64,000 nt of DNA from Nemertoderma westbladi (GCA_032718475.1 JAUCBJ010001302.1:1-64000), one strand, 5' to 3'; positions 8,701-19,813 are shown, numbered from the stretch's first letter. Numbers and translations: made by a program. The notes: generated by a model from the sequence alone, not told the origin.

Positions 8701-11252
8701 GGGTTGTTAAGTCTGGTCCTTTCCCGGTGGTTCCAACTTACCTGCTCCGCGTCGGTCCTTCTTTCCTTATAGTTTCGGGACTTCTGACGTCTCATGTCTT
8801 CCTCTTCATCACTCGATTCTGTGTCAGTCCTTAGCACTCGCGATGGTTTGCGCGCTGAGGCCCTGACCCAAGCGTCCTGAATAAATTTCTCGGCCGAATT
8901 TTCGAAATTGGGATTAGAGATGTTCGGGACAGGCGTCCTTACCTGAGGTCTATGTGGTATAGTTTCCTCCGATATGCGTACTCGTTGACTAGGCTGGACT
9001 TTATCTAACTCAGGCCTGCTAGGATTAGAATTACTTCTTACCTGGGCTGCTTCCTTTAACCGTAGGTTGCTAAGCATGTCCGTTATAGGTTGGATGTGCG
9101 GCGATATAGCTTGCGCTAAACTAGCACTTAACTCATCCCTCGTAATAAATTCCTGGCTAGGGTTCTGTTGTATAGTCGGCTCTATCTGAGTAATCCGCTG
9201 TCTCTCATATGATCCCTCTTCCGGTTTAACCCGGAAGTTCTCCATCGAACTGGGTCGGCGCTCCGTCCGCGTATTCCAAACCCGCGGGTTCGGTTCGCCA
9301 AATACTCGGCCCGTCGGAGTTTCTTCTCTAAATTCTCCGTTGTCACGTTCGGTATACAGTGGTGCGGCGTTCCGATGACGTAGATCCTGGGCGATGGGTG
9401 AGGGACTAATACCAACTGGCGTGCGATATGTAGAGAACGGTTTAACGATCCGTGTACTCGTAATAGCTGGACCAGGTATAGGAATTCTGGTCGTCGTTGA
9501 CTCGCGTATAGTCGGAGTTCTCGCTTCCTGTTCGGCCTTCTGCAGTGCGAACAGTTCTCGCAACTCTGTCCCCACACTCGCCCCACATTCTTCGAGCATT
9601 CGCATCCCCTTCTCGGCGATTTCGTTCGCCTTCCTAGTCCGTTCTTCGCTCTCTAAACTTAATCTCGCACTTTCCAACTGCGCCAGTTTACGCTCTTCTT
9701 CTTCCCTCGCTCGTCTCGCTGCGCTCTCTTCTTCCACTCGCGCCTTTTCTTCATACAATGCGCGTCTTCTTTTCTCGATCTCGAGTTCGCGTTCCTTGCG
9801 TCTGCGTTCGAGTTGAAGCTCGCGTTTCTTCGCTTCCTGTTCGCGTTCGAGTTGGAGTTCGCGTTTCTTCGCTTCCCGTTCGCATTCGAGTTGGAGTTCG
9901 CGTTTCTTCGCTTCCCGTTCGCATTCGAATTGGAGTTCGCGTTTCTTCGCTTCCCGTTCGCATTCGAATTGGAGTTCGCGTTTCTTCGCTTCCCGTTCGC
10001 ATTCGAGTTGGAGTTCGCGTTCTCTCTGTTCGCATTCGAGTTCCTCGCGCTCGCGCTCGGCTTGGAGTTCACGTTCCCTTTGCTCGCGTTCCGCTCGCTC
10101 GCGCTTACTTATCTCTTCCAACTCTCGTAACTCTGCGTCCAACTTACGTGTGCGCTCCCTTTCCCGCTCGGCTTCCTTCCGTGCTTCCTGTGCACGCAAA
10201 ACTTCCGCCTGCTGTTCGTCTAGTCGGCGCCTTCTCTCCTCCGCCGAGTTGTGAGAAACAAGGGATCTAGCACATATTACCTTACCTCGTGCGTGACTAA
10301 CTTGGGAATCGCCGCTGTCTCTAGATGCGTCGTCGGGTGGAGTCAACGTCCTCTGTTGAATGTTCTCCGTCGTCGGTAGCACCTGGCCTGGTACCACCAC
10401 TCCATTCTGCATCAGCCAGCTAGTAACTTCCCTCTGATAACGGCGCTCTTCCTTATCTTGGATCTCTTCCCGCTCCACTAAGTCTCTTAACTCTGCGTCA
10501 CTCACCTGAGCCGCCTGCGTTTGTGATGCCCATAGCAGCCAGTTCTCCGTCCTAACTCGTCGGAATCGCTCCGATAACTCGCGATGCTCCAACAAGGCTG
10601 CTAAAACCCTGTCGTAAATCCTCGTCGCCACATCGCTCGACTGAGACTCTACTGCCTTCTTTGCTAGGACTGCAAGCTCCTCCGTCTGCTTGAATAACGC
10701 TGAGTTATATCCTCTTCTAATCTCTACTAACTCTACCCTCCCGATGTTCGCTGGGTCAGCTAACATCTTCCTTACCTTGTCCGCCGTCCGGGTTATATGT
10801 CCGGCATGCGCGCGAAGTTTCTTCTTTATCGCGATGTCTAGTTCTCTCTCGCTTACCTGACTCACACTCGGTGGACTTGAAGGATTATTTCGGGAACTAC
10901 GGGTACTCCTTACAGCCGTTGGGACCACGGCACTTACCATACCCACAGGTCTGGAAACCGGGCTCCGGGCTCTCGCTTCTGCTACACTACCCTCCCTATC
11001 ACTCACCTCTGTCCGGGCTGCCGTACAGTCCTTCCTATCAGTAGCGGTAGGGGATCCTAATACTATTACTTGAGGTTGTTGTTCTTCCTCACTAGTCACT
11101 GTCTCGTCCTCCTGTTCACTTACGTCAGCGTCGCTCGCTGCGTCGTCATAGTCGGCATTGTCATCAACAGTAATGTTTACGCTATCGTCAGTCGGCGGTC
11201 CAGCCGCCGTCTCATAGCTGTCCTCTAGTGCCTCTTTGTCTGAGACACTCAT
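2772..11252 (-). CDS. BEL/Pao Gag-Pol polyprotein (2826 aa)
   Basis: Three Cys/His knuckles (CQYC..H..C, CWAC....H....C, CMEC...HH..LH), protease LDTAS, RT YLPHH..DIEAMF..FYMDD, RNase H LFSDAS..RAEL..WTD..NPAD, integrase H..HH..CLVC, VDCFGP, SDKGTNF, WERLV, and a Pao-type C-terminal domain. Confidence 0.97.
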   Translation of the reverse strand: MSVSDKEALEDSYETAAGPPTDDSVNITVDDNADYDDAASDADVSEQEDETVTSEEEQQPQVIVLGSPTATDRKDCTAARTEVSDREGSVAEARARSPVSRPVGMVSAVVPTAVRSTRSSRNNPSSPPSVSQVSERELDIAIKKKLRAHAGHITRTADKVRKMLADPANIGRVELVEIRRGYNSALFKQTEELAVLAKKAVESQSSDVATRIYDRVLAALLEHRELSERFRRVRTENWLLWASQTQAAQVSDAELRDLVEREEIQDKEERRYQREVTSWLMQNGVVVPGQVLPTTENIQQRTLTPPDDASRDSGDSQVSHARGKVICARSLVSHNSAEERRRRLDEQQAEVLRAQEARKEAERERERTRKLDAELRELEEISKRERAEREQRERELQAEREREELECEQRERELQLECEREAKKRELQFECEREAKKRELQFECEREAKKRELQLECEREAKKRELQLEREQEAKKRELQLERRRKERELEIEKRRRALYEEKARVEEESAARRAREEEERKLAQLESARLSLESEERTRKANEIAEKGMRMLEECGASVGTELRELFALQKAEQEARTPTIRESTTTRIPIPGPAITSTRIVKPFSTYRTPVGISPSPIAQDLRHRNAAPLYTERDNGEFREETPTGRVFGEPNPRVWNTRTERRPSSMENFRVKPEEGSYERQRITQIEPTIQQNPSQEFITRDELSASLAQAISPHIQPITDMLSNLRLKEAAQVRSNSNPSRPELDKVQPSQRVRISEETIPHRPQVRTPVPNISNPNFENSAEKFIQDAWVRASARKPSRVLRTDTESSDEEEDMRRQKSRNYKERRTDAEQVSWNHRERTRLNNPAELNHLLTRNDATLRDIGKFAARQGLPTQQPQKFMGNHKHWRTFKTYVDEQLTNSTFTPNEKFNYLLQMLHREPRAIADNFVGNERAFELAMKTLSDIYGNKTKMAQSIVEDLGKGGRITTPLELLNLANAISNALDILRTVNLPHHGDHAEVLKSVIRRLNMRYRQKWRKLENKLEGQGKVLTLQHIHDMIATDAVAEMKSNFSEENMRESKPVTGKSMVSFDDDRTTVTFNSVDRYNSSTPAFRSDSRVWSGERLDRPRLKQQELPDGFVGCQYCLLKEVRSDDHKLDSCRRFKELNSEQRRVQVRTLDTCWACLAPGHVRRQCPNSKDGCMECGRLHHKLLHADFHTPTDRYLQRNPQRKGSKEPISIRKNTYTGIQDDGYQPGSSDEDGESSAREVTCQGFTADSSSTSARTYLSSATSEIFSVIPVKLTGDKGSKRIYVMLDTASTLSYIDEEVARAVSSFQDAEEIQIELKSMHGVGDLKGHRISVELDSLLPRDQHTRQERKALPLDGFKCLAMKGFGRQLGKVPPMSPIAQEYFDKLRIPRHQVGYRNVSMLIGAEQLIAHQIWETRPAEPHVNGPHAHRTILGWYTRVPMSYEFTGGDKPMDRYDELQPITQPPLVEPPDIDEFRRTCIDHYSDFSESDEELIPDNVRLSEPLHNDRTDSEPEDYCYQTRGSGSAAHATYLTNVLTYTDIVEGQVAKYRDLDIFQYSEEELQKELIRQDLETGARTVEWLDRDAMEPGGYDLAMSTDEKRSLEMMEDTIRLLPTGHFEVGMLWRRQPPKLENNYNLALKRLNGVRARLLKNPGIREKYCAQINNYFAKGFAGKVEDPDFVTDQTYYLPHHYVTHPDKPDKVRVVNDCAAVYRGMSLNSELMDGPNLNNYLIGILLRFRQRRFAFTCDIEAMFHQVRACKADQDSLRFLWYENEDLSGPVVTYQMYVRIFGARDSPNGTLFVLKKTATAQIGKYPVEVIESVLRNFYMDDGLVSKDTAEQAIEVAHGLQECLATGGFPLTKFTTNSEALLESFSVKDRGSGDIELGVEPIPMARVLGLAWNPNSDKFQVRVRFEPSSPDKVLTKRICLSTLSRLFDPMNFISPVILQARACMRKIWLSDVEWDEPISPIHAKQWREWEAELHLLKNIDVPRSYFPNQLVFPADLELHLFSDASDTGFGMVAYLRREVSQDKFETAFVTSRSKTMPVKYMTVPRAELQAAVVSVEVSKQIIEELDTTLTLFYWTDASLVLVYIAADNIALKTFVANRRAQIVDFSTKEQWRHCPGVLNPADITSRGAMPAEFCQEESQEFWLHGPDFLTRTQEHWPERLKIVTNPMPEDAEVKVEKVSKSKSKAKLKSLERPEESLERPEELLERPGDLSDQQTYVTTRSGRVSYDIKPPLQTGRQSQLVSDGQKMTDKMDPLVSKPAGLDSKLPLVSGQPSLALESCSVYDKLLNSSASWLTICKRTAWLSRYILYLCLKHSKHLREPLSANSERIRKLKQPLTEDEIDQAELKHLKHYQMCAFPKEFHLLSAHRPVLYKPLRKWSPLIHKGLICHRSRIQTVDINSQFRFPVIIPSHPIELQRAILWDIHKRLHHAGKLHCLSAARQRFILLQPSRAVGTMYDACLVCKRVNARVLEQEMAELPEARVQAYDPPFTNTGVDCFGPIEAKSGRLTHKRWGLLLTCMASRAIHIERVADMSTKSLLLALKRFMARRGLVKAFYSDKGTNFVGGNSELNAAHKAAQNKEISAALLPQRVEWRFNTPESPWRGGSWERLVRSVKQAIAKTLPVNKQLTDDELVTAFIEIEHTLNSRPIAMLPDGVALTPNHLLMQSPAFLVPASEPVSADLYSRKSWKVTQFVAYTFWEYWREYYLPTISTRTKWYKTVRSLQRGDYVLITEPIVKRKYWETGVILHTHPDVQNIVRTVTVKIRCKCPHPKKCKTNGLHTLDRLVQDIVLLEETRIETGDYNLSPASKLN
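9790..10045 (-). repeat. 39-bp coding tandem repeat in gag (ELQ(L/F)ECEREAKKR, about 5-6 copies)
   Basis: Seen directly in the DNA and protein, within an E/R-rich predicted coiled coil. Confidence 0.9.
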
Positions 11253-13629
11253 AGTCTAAATAATGTTTGCCTTCCGGCAAAATATCTCGCAAAGGTTCGA
11301 GATATAATTATAATTTAACCGAAACACGGTCAAATTATTTGTCAAATAATCAGTTGGTCCAAATGTCAAAATAAATTCGCAATGCAATATTGTGAATTTA
11401 ATGGGGTATATAGTTATAGCAAATACTAGCATAATATTTAAACAAAAATATTATTATATAGCTATTATATAGCATTAAATACCGGTATAGCACAAAATAA
11501 CTTTGAATCTAATACAAAATATTCAAAATATACTTGCCGCCCGAATATTTCTAATTTTATATATATATAGCTCTAATCAACGTAATTTTAATTTCAAATA
11601 TTATATGTATCCACTAGCGCGTGGCTACATCTTCGGGTTGCGACTCTCTCTAACTCTCTCTCTAACTTGAGCGATTTAAAAAACCATGGCCGGCTAAACC
11701 TAAATATCCTAACTAATAAATTGAGTTCAGCTTCGCAGTTAAACAACCGGTAATTTTTTACTGCTTCCACAAACACACTGGTGCCAACAGAACAACCAAC
11801 CTTGTTTGCTGTGAGATTCCACGTCCGCGTCCAAAGATTCAGGCCCTTCGCTGATTGCAAACCGAACCCGCAGACCCACACGAACCCCAAACTCAGAAGT
11901 TCCGTCTTGCCATGTATCTCCAGATGGTATAAAATAACTAAGCGGCTACCTAACATACCGGTACAAAACTCTAGAATTTTACAAAATAATTTTGACCGAA
12001 ACTGAATTCTCGCAAACCTAGCTAAAATTTTCAAAAAACTTACTAATTACAGTTTGCCCTAAGGCCTAAGGAACTGCTGTATTCGCAATTAGCAAAAACG
12101 CACTACCGTACATTCACTGTATGCAGTACAGTAAGTAAAACAGTACACCAACCTAACAGCCTAATGATACTGTGTGTGGTACGGCAAACAAATGTCCTTC
12201 TACCGTACGCAGTAACAACAATCAGCCTAATGTACTACTGTACTATTGTACGCAGCCAGTGAATACAGTAATCTAAGCTAACAACCTAATAGAATAAACT
12301 CAATGTCTTACTGTACGCTAGCCTATAGCCCACAGCAGACGATCACGTGCTCTAACTTATTGCCTAATACTATGATACTACTATCAGCCTAAGAATACTC
12401 TATTGACCGCTGCAAGCAACAGCCAATAACGCGTATTACTGATACGAAGTATCAGTAATCTAAACTAATCAGCCTAAGAATACTCTCTGTCTCACCGTAC
12501 GCAGTACAGTACCTAATACAGTAATCTAATTCGTATTTACTGTACGCAGTACAGCAAAACAAAAACGCGTATTACTGATAAACAACCGCGACCTCTATAC
12601 TAACAGCAGAACTGTTGAACAGACCAATACCCGTTAATATCCTTCTGCCAACCTAATAAGTTCTCGTCTAACCAATAAGACACAAAGACTGCTCTACTGT
12701 TAAGTAAAGGGGATCAGGAGCGTGCTATTACTAAATTGTAAGGGTTGCTAAATACAAACCGCTACTTTACTTACCGTTAGATGGCGCTAATCTGCCGTCC
12801 GCTAATATATTTTACTAAATTTACACAACTCCTGCAAAATCGCTTGTTCCTTCAGTCCTTTCTCTACCGATTGCTCGATAGAGAGCTAACTGTTCGAATC
12901 TATGAGCCACGCAGGAATAACCAAAACAATAAACCCGAGTCGGCTCCCTAAGCTTACTTAAGACGAGTGCGAGGAGGCCTTGCACTCAGAGTATTCTTAC
13001 GCCTAATTTTATCACTATTGAAGCACGCTATTACCTACGTCTTTCTAATCGCGAATACTGGAGGTTCCCTAACGTAATGTGTGAATGCGAGAATATTTAA
13101 AATATCAAAATGGTACAGTATCTGTTTCTACGTGGATAATACCACCCCGAGTCTAAAACTGCCCGCGACTGGCTTTAGGCCAGCAAAATTACTAGCGTAT
13201 CGTGCGTACCGAATAGTGCGTTCTAGCTGATTGCCCGCTAATGCAAATAACCGCTCAGCGTGAATAGTTTACAGTACACTAATTATTACCTTAGCTACTC
13301 TCCGCTATGCTGCGTACTAATTCTTAATTTTTTACTAATTAATTACAGTCACAAATATTTAACAGCGTACTAATTACTAAGAGTTCCAGAATACGTAATT
13401 CTAATTTATCACGCAACAGGTTTCGCTAGTAATAGCCTAATTTGCCGTATTACTTTGACCTAATCAATAACTAATTATTGTAACTAAGAAATAGAAATCA
13501 ATCAAAGGAAAAAGAGCGCCTATCTAAGCATTCGTAATCTTAGGCACACTTCAATAACACACCAATCAGCGTTAGAAATCACAGTTTACAATTGTGCAAT
13601 TCACTACTCGTACTCCACACTCAACGTTA

Positions 13630-14519
13630 TAATACGCGCAGGCCTCTCCCGGGTACATCTAGGATTCCTAACTAACCCAATTCCTGCCCCCCTAATACTA
13701 AATAGAGACAAAACCTGGATCATCAGCCCCCTAGATACTGTTCCGGCGATCGGTCTGCGTGCCGCAGTGCAAGATACCCGCCCGCAACGGTGACTCTGGC
13801 CAGCGTTGCCCGCTTTGAATCCTCCGCTCTCTCCTAGTCGCTCAACCCCCCGATGCGCCCACCGCCCACTGGCACCTTAGCCCTTCATGATGCTAATAGC
13901 TACCGTAGCGGCGCATGCAAATCACAAAGTCTGACAGTCTCAGGAATCCCTTGGGATTATTGCGCAGAAAAGAATCACATAGAACCATTAATCAAAAGGT
14001 AGAAATCATAGTTCAGTTGTAATTAGCAGTAATCGAAGGAATTAATTGAGAAACACAAGCAAGGGTAATCGCACTAGCAAATCATTTCAAGAAACTAATC
14101 AAATTAGCAAATTACAGAAAATACACTAAAATATCTTACAAATTGAGTAGAGACAGCTCAACAAGTACAAAGGTGATAGCAGATCATGTGAGGTGTCATG
14201 TGAGGCTCTACCGGCACACCGCCAATTTATAGGTGATCCGGATGGGGTGATGCAATAGGGTGACTCAATCGCTCTCCCATTGGCTCTCCAGTCCGTGCTA
14301 GCATTAGACCAACCTGGAAGCAGTTAATCCAATAAGGAGGCCGGATTGTAGCCCTATTGCCTGCCCAAACCTCAAATTATTACCATATATGGTAATGGTT
14401 CACGTCTCTGGCTGCTGAATGGCCAGGACAGCGTCCCTATATGCTAGCCCTATCAAACTAATATCAGCAAGCACAGAATCCAGGGTCCGAATAAACTTGC
14501 TACCCTGGGACTATTTACA
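13630..14519 (-). repeat. Probable 5' LTR of element 1 (inner boundary uncertain)
   Basis: TG start at 14519 and TATAAA on the - strand near 14225-14231. GCGCGTATTATAAC near 13630 resembles the LTR-end junction GCGCGTACAATAAC of element 2. The partner LTR is not visible. Confidence 0.5.
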
Positions 14520-14715
14520 TATATCCTAATACAAAATTACGTAGGTAGGGCTACATACTATACAAAATAAATGGATGCAAAATATATGGGCGTTTTAACT
14601 TCCTTACCTAAATGTCACCACACTGCGCCTTATCTAAATAATTATACTGCACAACGGACTAATATTACGTACAGTATAATGGACTAATACTGTGGATACA
14701 GCGCCATATACCGTA

Positions 14716-17700
14716 ACAGATACCATCGCCACCGCACTGTGAAGATACGACGGTTGATTAGCCATACTGCTATCGTCGCCACTGCACCGTGCAGTTATGA
14801 TAGTTGATTAGCCATACTGCTATCATAGCCACTGCACCGTGCAGTTACGACGGTTGATTAGCCATACTGCTATCGTCGCCACTGCACCGTGCAGTTATGA
14901 TAGTTGATTAGCCATACTGCTATCATCGCCACTGCACCGTGCAGTTACGACGGTTGATTAGCCATACTGCTATCGTCGCCACTGCACCGTGCAGTTATGA
15001 TAGTTGATTAGCCATACTGTTATCATCGCCACTGCACCGTGCAGTTATGATAGTTGATTAGCCATACTGCTATCGTCGCCACTGCACCGTGCAGTTATGA
15101 TAGTTGATTAGCCATACTGCTATCGTCGCCACTGCACCGTGTAGTTATGATAGTTGATTAGCCATACTGCCATCGTCGCCACTGCACCGTGCAGTTATGA
15201 TAGTGGATTAGCCATACTGCTATCGTCACCACCGCACCGTGCAGTTACGACGGATGATTAGCCATACTGCTATCATCGCCACCGCACCGTGCAGTTACGA
15301 CGGTTGATTAGCAATATTGATACCATCGCCACCGCACTGTGAAGATACGACGGTTGATTAGCCATACTGCTATTATCGCCACTGCACCGTGCAGTTATGA
15401 TAGTTGATTAGCCATACAGCTATTATCGCCACCGCTCCGTGCAGTTACGACGGATGATTAGCCATACTGCTATCGTCACCACCGCACCGTGCAGTTACGA
15501 CGGTTGATTAGCAATATTGATACCATCGCCACCGCACTGTGCAGATACGACGGTTGATTAGCCATACTGATATTATCGCCACTGCACCGTGCAGTTATGA
15601 TAGTTGATTAGCCATACTGCTATCGTCGCCACTGCACCGTGCAGTTACGACGGTTAATTAGCCATACTGCTATCGTTGCCACTGCACCGTGCAGTTATGA
15701 TAGTTGATTAGCCATACTGCTATCGTCGCCACTGCACCGTGCAGTTATGATAGTGGATTAGCCATACTGCTATCGTCACCACCGCACCGTGCAGTTACGA
15801 CGGATGATTAGCCATACTGCTATCATCGCCACCGCACCGTGCAGTTACGACGGTTGATTAGCAATATTGATACCATCGCCACCGCACTGTGAAGATACGA
15901 CGGTTGATTAGCCATACTGCTATTATCGCCACTGCACCGTGCAGTTATGATAGTTGATTAGCCATACTGCTATCGTCGCCACTGCACCATGCAGTTACGG
16001 CGGTTGATTAGCCATATTGATACCATCGCCACCGCACTGTGCAGTTACGACGGTTGATTAGCCATACTGTTATCATCGCCACTGCACCGTGCAGTTATGA
16101 TAGTTGATTAGCCATACTGCTATCGTCGCCACCGCTCCGTGCAGTTACGACGGATGATTAGCCATACTGCTATCATCGCCACCGCACCGTGCAGTTACGA
16201 CGGTTGATTAGCCATATTGATATCATCGCCACCGCACCGTGAAGTTACAACGGTTGATTAGCCATACTGATATCATCGCCACTGCACCGTGCAGTTATGA
16301 TAGTTGATTAGTCATACTGCTATCATCGCCACTGCACCGTGCAGTTATGACAGTTGATTAGCCATACTGCTATCGTTGACACTGCACCGTGTAGTTATGA
16401 CGGTTGATTAGCCATACTGCTATCATCGCCACTGCACAGTGCAGTTATGATAGTTGATTAGCCATACTGCTATCATCGCCACTGCACCGTGAAGTTACGA
16501 CGGTTGATTAGCCATACTGCTATCATCGCCAATGCACCGTGGAGTTACGACGGTTGATTAGCCATACTGCTATCATTGCCACCACACCATGCAGTTACGA
16601 CGGTTGATTAGCCATACTGCTATCGTCGCCACTGCACCGTGCAGTTATGATAGTTGACTAGCCATACTGCTATCATCGCCACTGCAACGTACAGTTGTGA
16701 TAGTTGATTAGCCATACTGCTATCGTCGCCACTGCACCGTGTAGTTACGACGGTTGATTAGCCATACTGATATAATCGCCACTGCACCGTGCAGTTATGA
16801 TAGTTGATTAGCCATACTGCTATCATCGCCACTGCAACGTACAGTTGTGATAGTTGATTAGCCATACTGCTATCGTCGCCACTGCACCGTGTAGTTACGA
16901 CGGTTGATTAGCCATACTGATATAATCGCCACTGCAACGTACAGGTATGATAGTTGATTAGCCATACTGCTATCATCGCCACTGCAACGTACAGGTATGA
17001 TAGTTGATTAGCCATACTGCGATCGTCGCCACTGCACCGTGTAGTTACGATGGATGATTAGCCATACCGCCTTCGTCGCCACTGCACCGTGTAGTTACGA
17101 TGGATGATTAGACATACTGCTATCGTCGCCACTGCACCGTGTAGTTACGACGGTTGATTAGCCATACTGCTATCGTCGCCACTGCACCATGTAGTTACGA
17201 CGGTTGATTAGCCATATTGCTATCGTCGCCACTGCACCGTGTAGTTACGATGGATGATTAGCCATACTGCTATCGTCGCCACTGCACCGTGTAGTTACGA
17301 CGGTTGATTAGCCATACTCCTATCGTCGCCACTGCACCGTACAGTTACGACGGTTAATTAGCCATACTGCTATCGTCGCCACTGCACCGTGCAGTTATGA
17401 TAGTTGACTAGCCATACTGCTATCATCGCCACTGCAACGTACAGTTGTGATAGTTGATTAGCCATACTGCTATCGTCGCCACTGCACCGTGTAGTTACGA
17501 CGGTTGATTAGCCATACTGATATAATCGCCACTGCACCGTACAGGTATGATAGTTGATTAGCCATACTGCTATCGTCGCCACTGCACCGTGTAGTTACGA
17601 CGGTTGATTAGCCATACTGCTATCATCGCCACTGCACCGTACAGTTACGACGAATGATTAGCCATACTGCTATCACGCCACTGACTGCACCGTGCAGTTA

Positions 17701-19015
17701 CGACGAATGAGTAGCCATACTGCTATCGATCGCCACTGCACCGGGCAGTTACAACGAATGATTAGCCATACTGCTATCGTCGTCACCGCACCGTGTAGTT
17801 ACGACGGCTGATTAGTTACGTTACGATTAGTTACATTACGTTACATCACGTTACATTACGACGGCTATCATACTGCGTTAGGTCAGGTATTCTAGGTCAT
17901 TGATCAAGAAAACTTGCCACCTCCATGCAGCATAAAGGAGGTGCCACCTGCTGTGCTGCATAGATCCTCTTACTAGGGAAAATCTGGTCCTGTAACTAGG
18001 ACCCCTTCGTTCCTGGATAAGGACGCCCTTGGTCCTGGATTAAGGACCCATATACTTGGCTGCAGGGGTATATGGTCTGGCCAGGCAGATGGTGATCTAC
18101 CAGTGGCTGGTTAGGAATAGAGTGTTCTCATGTCCACTCTGAGTGCACTTCACTGCGACCTGCACCTGGCAGCAGGGGTACAGGGCATGACCCAGCAGAT
18201 GAGCTGCAACAGCCAATGGTGGGTCATGTGCACCAGAGTAGATATGGGTGATGGGCCTCATATCTGACTCCACTGCGACACCCACCCTGTGGAATGGCAA
18301 ACCAGGGTGTGGTATTTGCCCCGAGAGATGACTCGGCAAAAAACTACCCCCAAGCCCCACTATGGATTACATTAGTAATGCGGAGGTCCTGCCACTAGAG
18401 GCCAGTGGAATTACCGGACACAATCGGCCTCACAGGCGTCAGTTATCTCCTGACCGGCTGCCTGTCTTACCCCCTACTGGAGAGAGAGCAGCCAACAATT
18501 ATTTGAGTCCCTTTCCTGATGACCTTTCTGGCCCAAAACCTGTGTCACCAGGGAGGTCAGATTGTGAGGGGGGGATTCTGGAGTAGGAGGCTACTCTCAT
18601 GTTCCACCCCTGACCAACAAAGCCATTGGTGAATCTGAGGCAAACTGCTATCATCGCCACTGCACCGTGCAGTTATAATAGTTGATTAGCCATACTGCTA
18701 TCATCGCCACTGCTCCGTACAGTTACGACGGTTAATTAGCCATACTGCTATCGTCGCCACTGCACCGTGTAGTTACGATGGATGATTAGCCATACTGCTA
18801 TCATCGCCACTGCACCGTGCAGTTATAATAGTTGATTAGCCATACTGCTATCGTCGCCACTGCACGTGTAGTTACGACGGTTAATTAGCCATACTGCTAT
18901 CGTCGCCACTGCACCGTGTAGTTACGATGGATGATTAGCCATACCGCTATCGTCGCCACTGCACCGTGTAGTTACGACGGATGATTCTGCTAACATCGGC
19001 ACCACACCTTGTAGT
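14716..19015. repeat. 50-bp minisatellite (GCCATACTGCTATCGTCGCCACTGCACCGTGCAGTTAYGAYRGTTGATTA), interrupted at about 17816-18643
   Basis: About 60 tandem copies to 17815 and about 7 more after 18644. Each unit contains the palindrome ACTGCAC-C-GTGCAGT. Confidence 0.95.
17816..18643 (-). mobile_element. Insertion in the satellite, probable 3' fragment of a non-LTR retroelement with a (TGTAA/CGTAA)n tail
   Basis: GC-richer unique block splitting a satellite unit (GATTAG|...|ACTGCTA). Degenerate TTACG/TTACA pentamer run at its left end. Confidence 0.45.
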
Positions 19016-19813
19016 TTGTAGTTACACCGTACTGTTAGTCCATTGACATTGCATACCATCTGCAGAAACAACCCCCAAAGGCTGCGAGGCTGTGTGTGGT
19101 GGTGATATTGCGTTGTAGAGAGCTATAGTAGTTTCACTAAATGTAGCGGCGTTGGTTTACTAATGAAGTAATGTAAAGTAGCAATCAGATCCGCCTTCTA
19201 ATCGTACGGGTCTAAAAGTGAATATAGATTACGTATCTCACATATGTTACATGAATGCTAAATATTGTAAATTATTTATTGATTGAATGAGATTCATTTA
19301 GGCATAATCCTTTGAAATGCAAATACAGTAGAACCAGATTAAAAGCTTTCCCATTATTATTAATCACTTTAACATACAATCAAAATTGGGCTAAATAGTT
19401 TATTGGTATTATGGTGGTAATACACTTTTATCATTAATTATCTTTCCTGATAATCACTGCTATAAGAATGTTTGCCAAAAAAAATAAGTCCACTTTGTAG
19501 CACAGAGATTATTTGACTCCTTAAATCTAGCCAATCACTATATTCATTGCATTAATGTAAATAAACTTGTCAGTACTGTAAGACTTACTTCATTGTGGAT
19601 ATAATAAATGCATTTAATATACATTATACAATATACATATAATATATTATTGTTTATTATTTACACTAAATTAATTGGAGTTGAGCTGTTATCTCAACTC
19701 AGTTATAAATGTTATTATTATTATGATTTTGTTCAGAAATGCAACTTATAGGATATACAAATTAATATTGCCTGTCCAATAGAATTGGATTAAATAGGAA
19801 GGCAAGAGTCAGT

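Larger units (their letters stand above)
1..14519 (-). mobile_element. BEL/Pao LTR retrotransposon 1 (3' end runs off the window start)
   Basis: Intact gag-PR-RT-RH-IN ORF, a long 5' leader and a downstream accessory ORF. The probable outer LTR edge at 14519 reads TGTAAATAG on the - strand, similar to TGTAAAAG of element 2. The second LTR and TSD are not in the window. Confidence 0.88.

Noticed and set aside
310-10270. Many short antisense or alternate-frame ORFs overlapping the element 1 ORFs
   Set aside because: Shadow ORFs of long coding frames and the coding repeat, with no independent motifs.
11350-11370. Possible LTR end plus PBS for element 1 (- strand TGACA-TT-TGGACCAACTG)
   Set aside because: It would imply an LTR over 3 kb that includes a motif lying outside the LTR in element 2. 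No tRNA match recognised, and it cannot be tested without the 3' LTR.
14716-19015. CRISPR-like array or metal-response-element array
   Set aside because: No unique spacers, eukaryotic context and no cas genes. TGCACCG and TGCACGG do not match the MRE core TGCRCNC.
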